Shown: positions 51,307 to 53,446 of the stretch, piece after piece
Numbering within the stretch: position 1 is the first letter of the stretch
Layout: each line of letters opens with the position of its first letter
NCBI RefSeq assembly: GCF_006345805.1
Contig: NW_021833864.1
Span: forward strand, 1 to 53,446
Length of the DNA stretch: 53,446 nucleotides
Direction of reading: 5' to 3'
DNA from: Octopus sinensis
Lineage: Eukaryota
Position numbers and translations under genes: made by a program
The notes under the pieces: model-generated
The model's database searches: none
What the model saw: only the letters and a program-made list of their open reading frames with translations
Told to the model about the DNA's origin: nothing

Positions 51307-51940
51307 ACTTGTTCCTATTATTATAGGTGCACTGGTGTACGTCGCAATTGGTAGGCATAGAAACCTAGAAATGCTTGAATTCTCAAAAAAAATAATAAAT
51401 AAAAGAAGAAGAAAAGAAAAGAGCAGACTAAAATACACACGTTCCCGATACACTCGATGAGAGGAACAACGAAAATCTGTAAAACATTGCAAAAGAGATT
51501 CTCCACTCGAGGTCTTTCGATGAAGACACGCACACAATTACATATACAAATGGAATACAACTACGTACGCACATGAATTGTTATGAAATATACACTTGTG
51601 TATTCTTTTGTGATACGCACATCCGCAATTGTAAGTTTATCCACACCAATACACATACACAAAACATGCACACATGTGACTAAATCAACCAATCCTGAGT
51701 AAGCAGAACATTCAAACAAAGTAGCTTTGACATTTTGTTAATGGACAAAGGAGAAATAAAACTTAAAATAAATCCCAAAGATACGTACATACGTACATTC
51801 ATAAATATATATGGAAAATCAAACTGAGGCGCAGGCTTTTGCGGATTTATACGTGCGCATTGAATTAACACATTCATATATGGTCGTGTCTGCACACGCT
51901 CAAACAGACATTCACATTCAAACTCACATTACTGTATTCT

Positions 51941-52390
51941 CTTACTCTTTAATTCTTTTACTTGTTTCAGTCATTTGACTGCGGCCATGCTGGAGCACCG
52001 CCTTTAATCGAGCAACTCGACGCCGGGACTTATTCTTTTTTGTAAGCCCAGTACTTATTCTATCGGTCTCTTTTGCCGAACCGTGTAATAAAGAAATAGG
52101 TTAAGACGTTAGATCGGTAAAAGTAACGGGGACATAAACACACCAGCATCGGTTGTCAAGCAATGCTAGGAGGACAAACACAGACACAAACACACACACG
52201 CATACATATATATATACAAATATACGACGGGCTTCTTTCAGTTTCCGTCTACCAAATCCACTCACAAGGCTTTGGTCGGCCTGAGGCTATAGTAGAAGAC
52301 ACTTGCCCAAGATGCCATGCAGTGGGACTGAACCCAGAACCATGTGGTTGGTAAACAAGCTACCTACCCCACAGACACTCCTGCGCCTAT
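51941..52390 (-). mobile_element. SINE family A with a 37-nt internal insertion
   Basis: Colinear except for 52084-52120. Confidence 0.9.
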
Positions 52391-52401
52391 GTATAAATAA
52401 C

Positions 52402-52518
52402 AATTGTATGTATGTATAAATTGTATGTATGTATAATTGTATGTATGTATAAATTGTTTGTATGTATAATTGTATGTATGTATAAATTGTATGTATAAAT
52501 TGTATGTATGTCTAAATT
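52402..52518. repeat. Minisatellite, 16-17-bp unit AATTGTATGTATGTATA, about 7 copies
   Basis: Direct reading. Confidence 0.85.
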
Positions 52519-52819
52519 ACAATTCGAAACGTTAAGCTATCTATGATCCACTCGTTCTATTTTTAGCAACATACAATAACTCCCAACACTCGCACACATA
52601 CGTTGCTAAACATATAACACGTGGATCATAGATTGCTTAATGTGTTCAATCGGTATACATCCCGTGGAAGCTGCTTATTATGATCACTATGGGACGGATA
52701 TTTCTAGGGTACAACTATATGATGATTACACTGTGAAAATACGCTAAACATATTTCGAAAATATTAATTTTGGTAATAATAACCGTTGATAACATAATCC
52801 CTAGTTATGGCTAACGTGT

Positions 52820-52822
52820 TTA

Positions 52823-52915
<93 letters not shown>

Positions 52916-52921
52916 CTCTAT

Positions 52922-53004
<83 letters not shown>

Positions 53005-53008
53005 TCTA

Positions 53009-53048
<40 letters not shown>

Positions 53049-53058
53049 TCTCTCTCTC

Positions 53059-53090
<32 letters not shown>

Positions 53091-53125
53091 TAATATATAT
53101 ATATATATATATATATATGCATATA
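52820..53125. repeat. (TATC)n/(TGTC)n/(TC)n/(TA)n block
   Basis: Direct reading. Confidence 0.95.
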
Positions 53126-53145
53126 TGTATGTATGTATTCTTCTA

Positions 53146-53312
53146 TTTTTTTACTTGTTTCAGTCGTTTGACTGCGGCCATACTGGAGCACCGCCTTTGG
53201 TCGAACAAATCAACCTCAGGACTTATGCTATCGATCTCTTTGCCGAACCGCTAAATTACGGGGACGTAAACACAGATATACAAACATATACACATATATA
53301 TGTGTGTATGTA

Positions 53313-53349
<37 letters not shown>

Positions 53350-53446
53350 CGGGCTTTTTTCCGTATCCGTCTACCAAATCCTTTCACAAGGATTTGGTCG
53401 GCCCGAGGCTATAGTAGAAGACACTTGCCCAAGGTGCCACGCAGTG
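53146..53446 (-). mobile_element. SINE family A, runs off the window end
   Basis: Family A tail and CORE-like part. Confidence 0.85.

Overview
AT-rich, microsatellite-saturated eukaryotic DNA. The repeat families resemble those I recall from octopus (coleoid cephalopod) genomes, but this is an inference and was not checked against a database. I found no intact protein-coding gene, no true tRNA/rRNA gene and no CRISPR array, and nearly all ORF-track entries are translations of microsatellites or SINEs. The window is a transposon graveyard. It holds at least three tRNA-derived SINE families (about 25 copies), four Tc1/mariner lineages (mariner, maT-like, Tc1, rosa-like), a decayed autonomous Helitron (19.4-22.5 kb), a complete non-autonomous Helitron (12982-13378), CR1 and RTE-like LINE remnants, and Penelope-like elements (RT + GIY-YIG + hammerhead). 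Three things stand out. (1) One SINE 3' module ('tail A') repeatedly joins other SINE units at the same position, the 3' edge of the anticodon-like loop of the tRNA head, and otherwise lands in TATG/TA microsatellites. This suggests a SINE-targeting, site-specific retroposition system or a circular-RNA intermediate. (2) The Helitron ORF carries two terminus-less insertions copied from neighbouring dead elements about 3 kb away on either side, which points to local templated insertion. (3) At least seven hammerhead-like folds occur, several with non-canonical cores or an extra nucleotide at the cleavage site, mostly in short (TA)n-flanked mini-elements. All alignments and identities are hand estimates.
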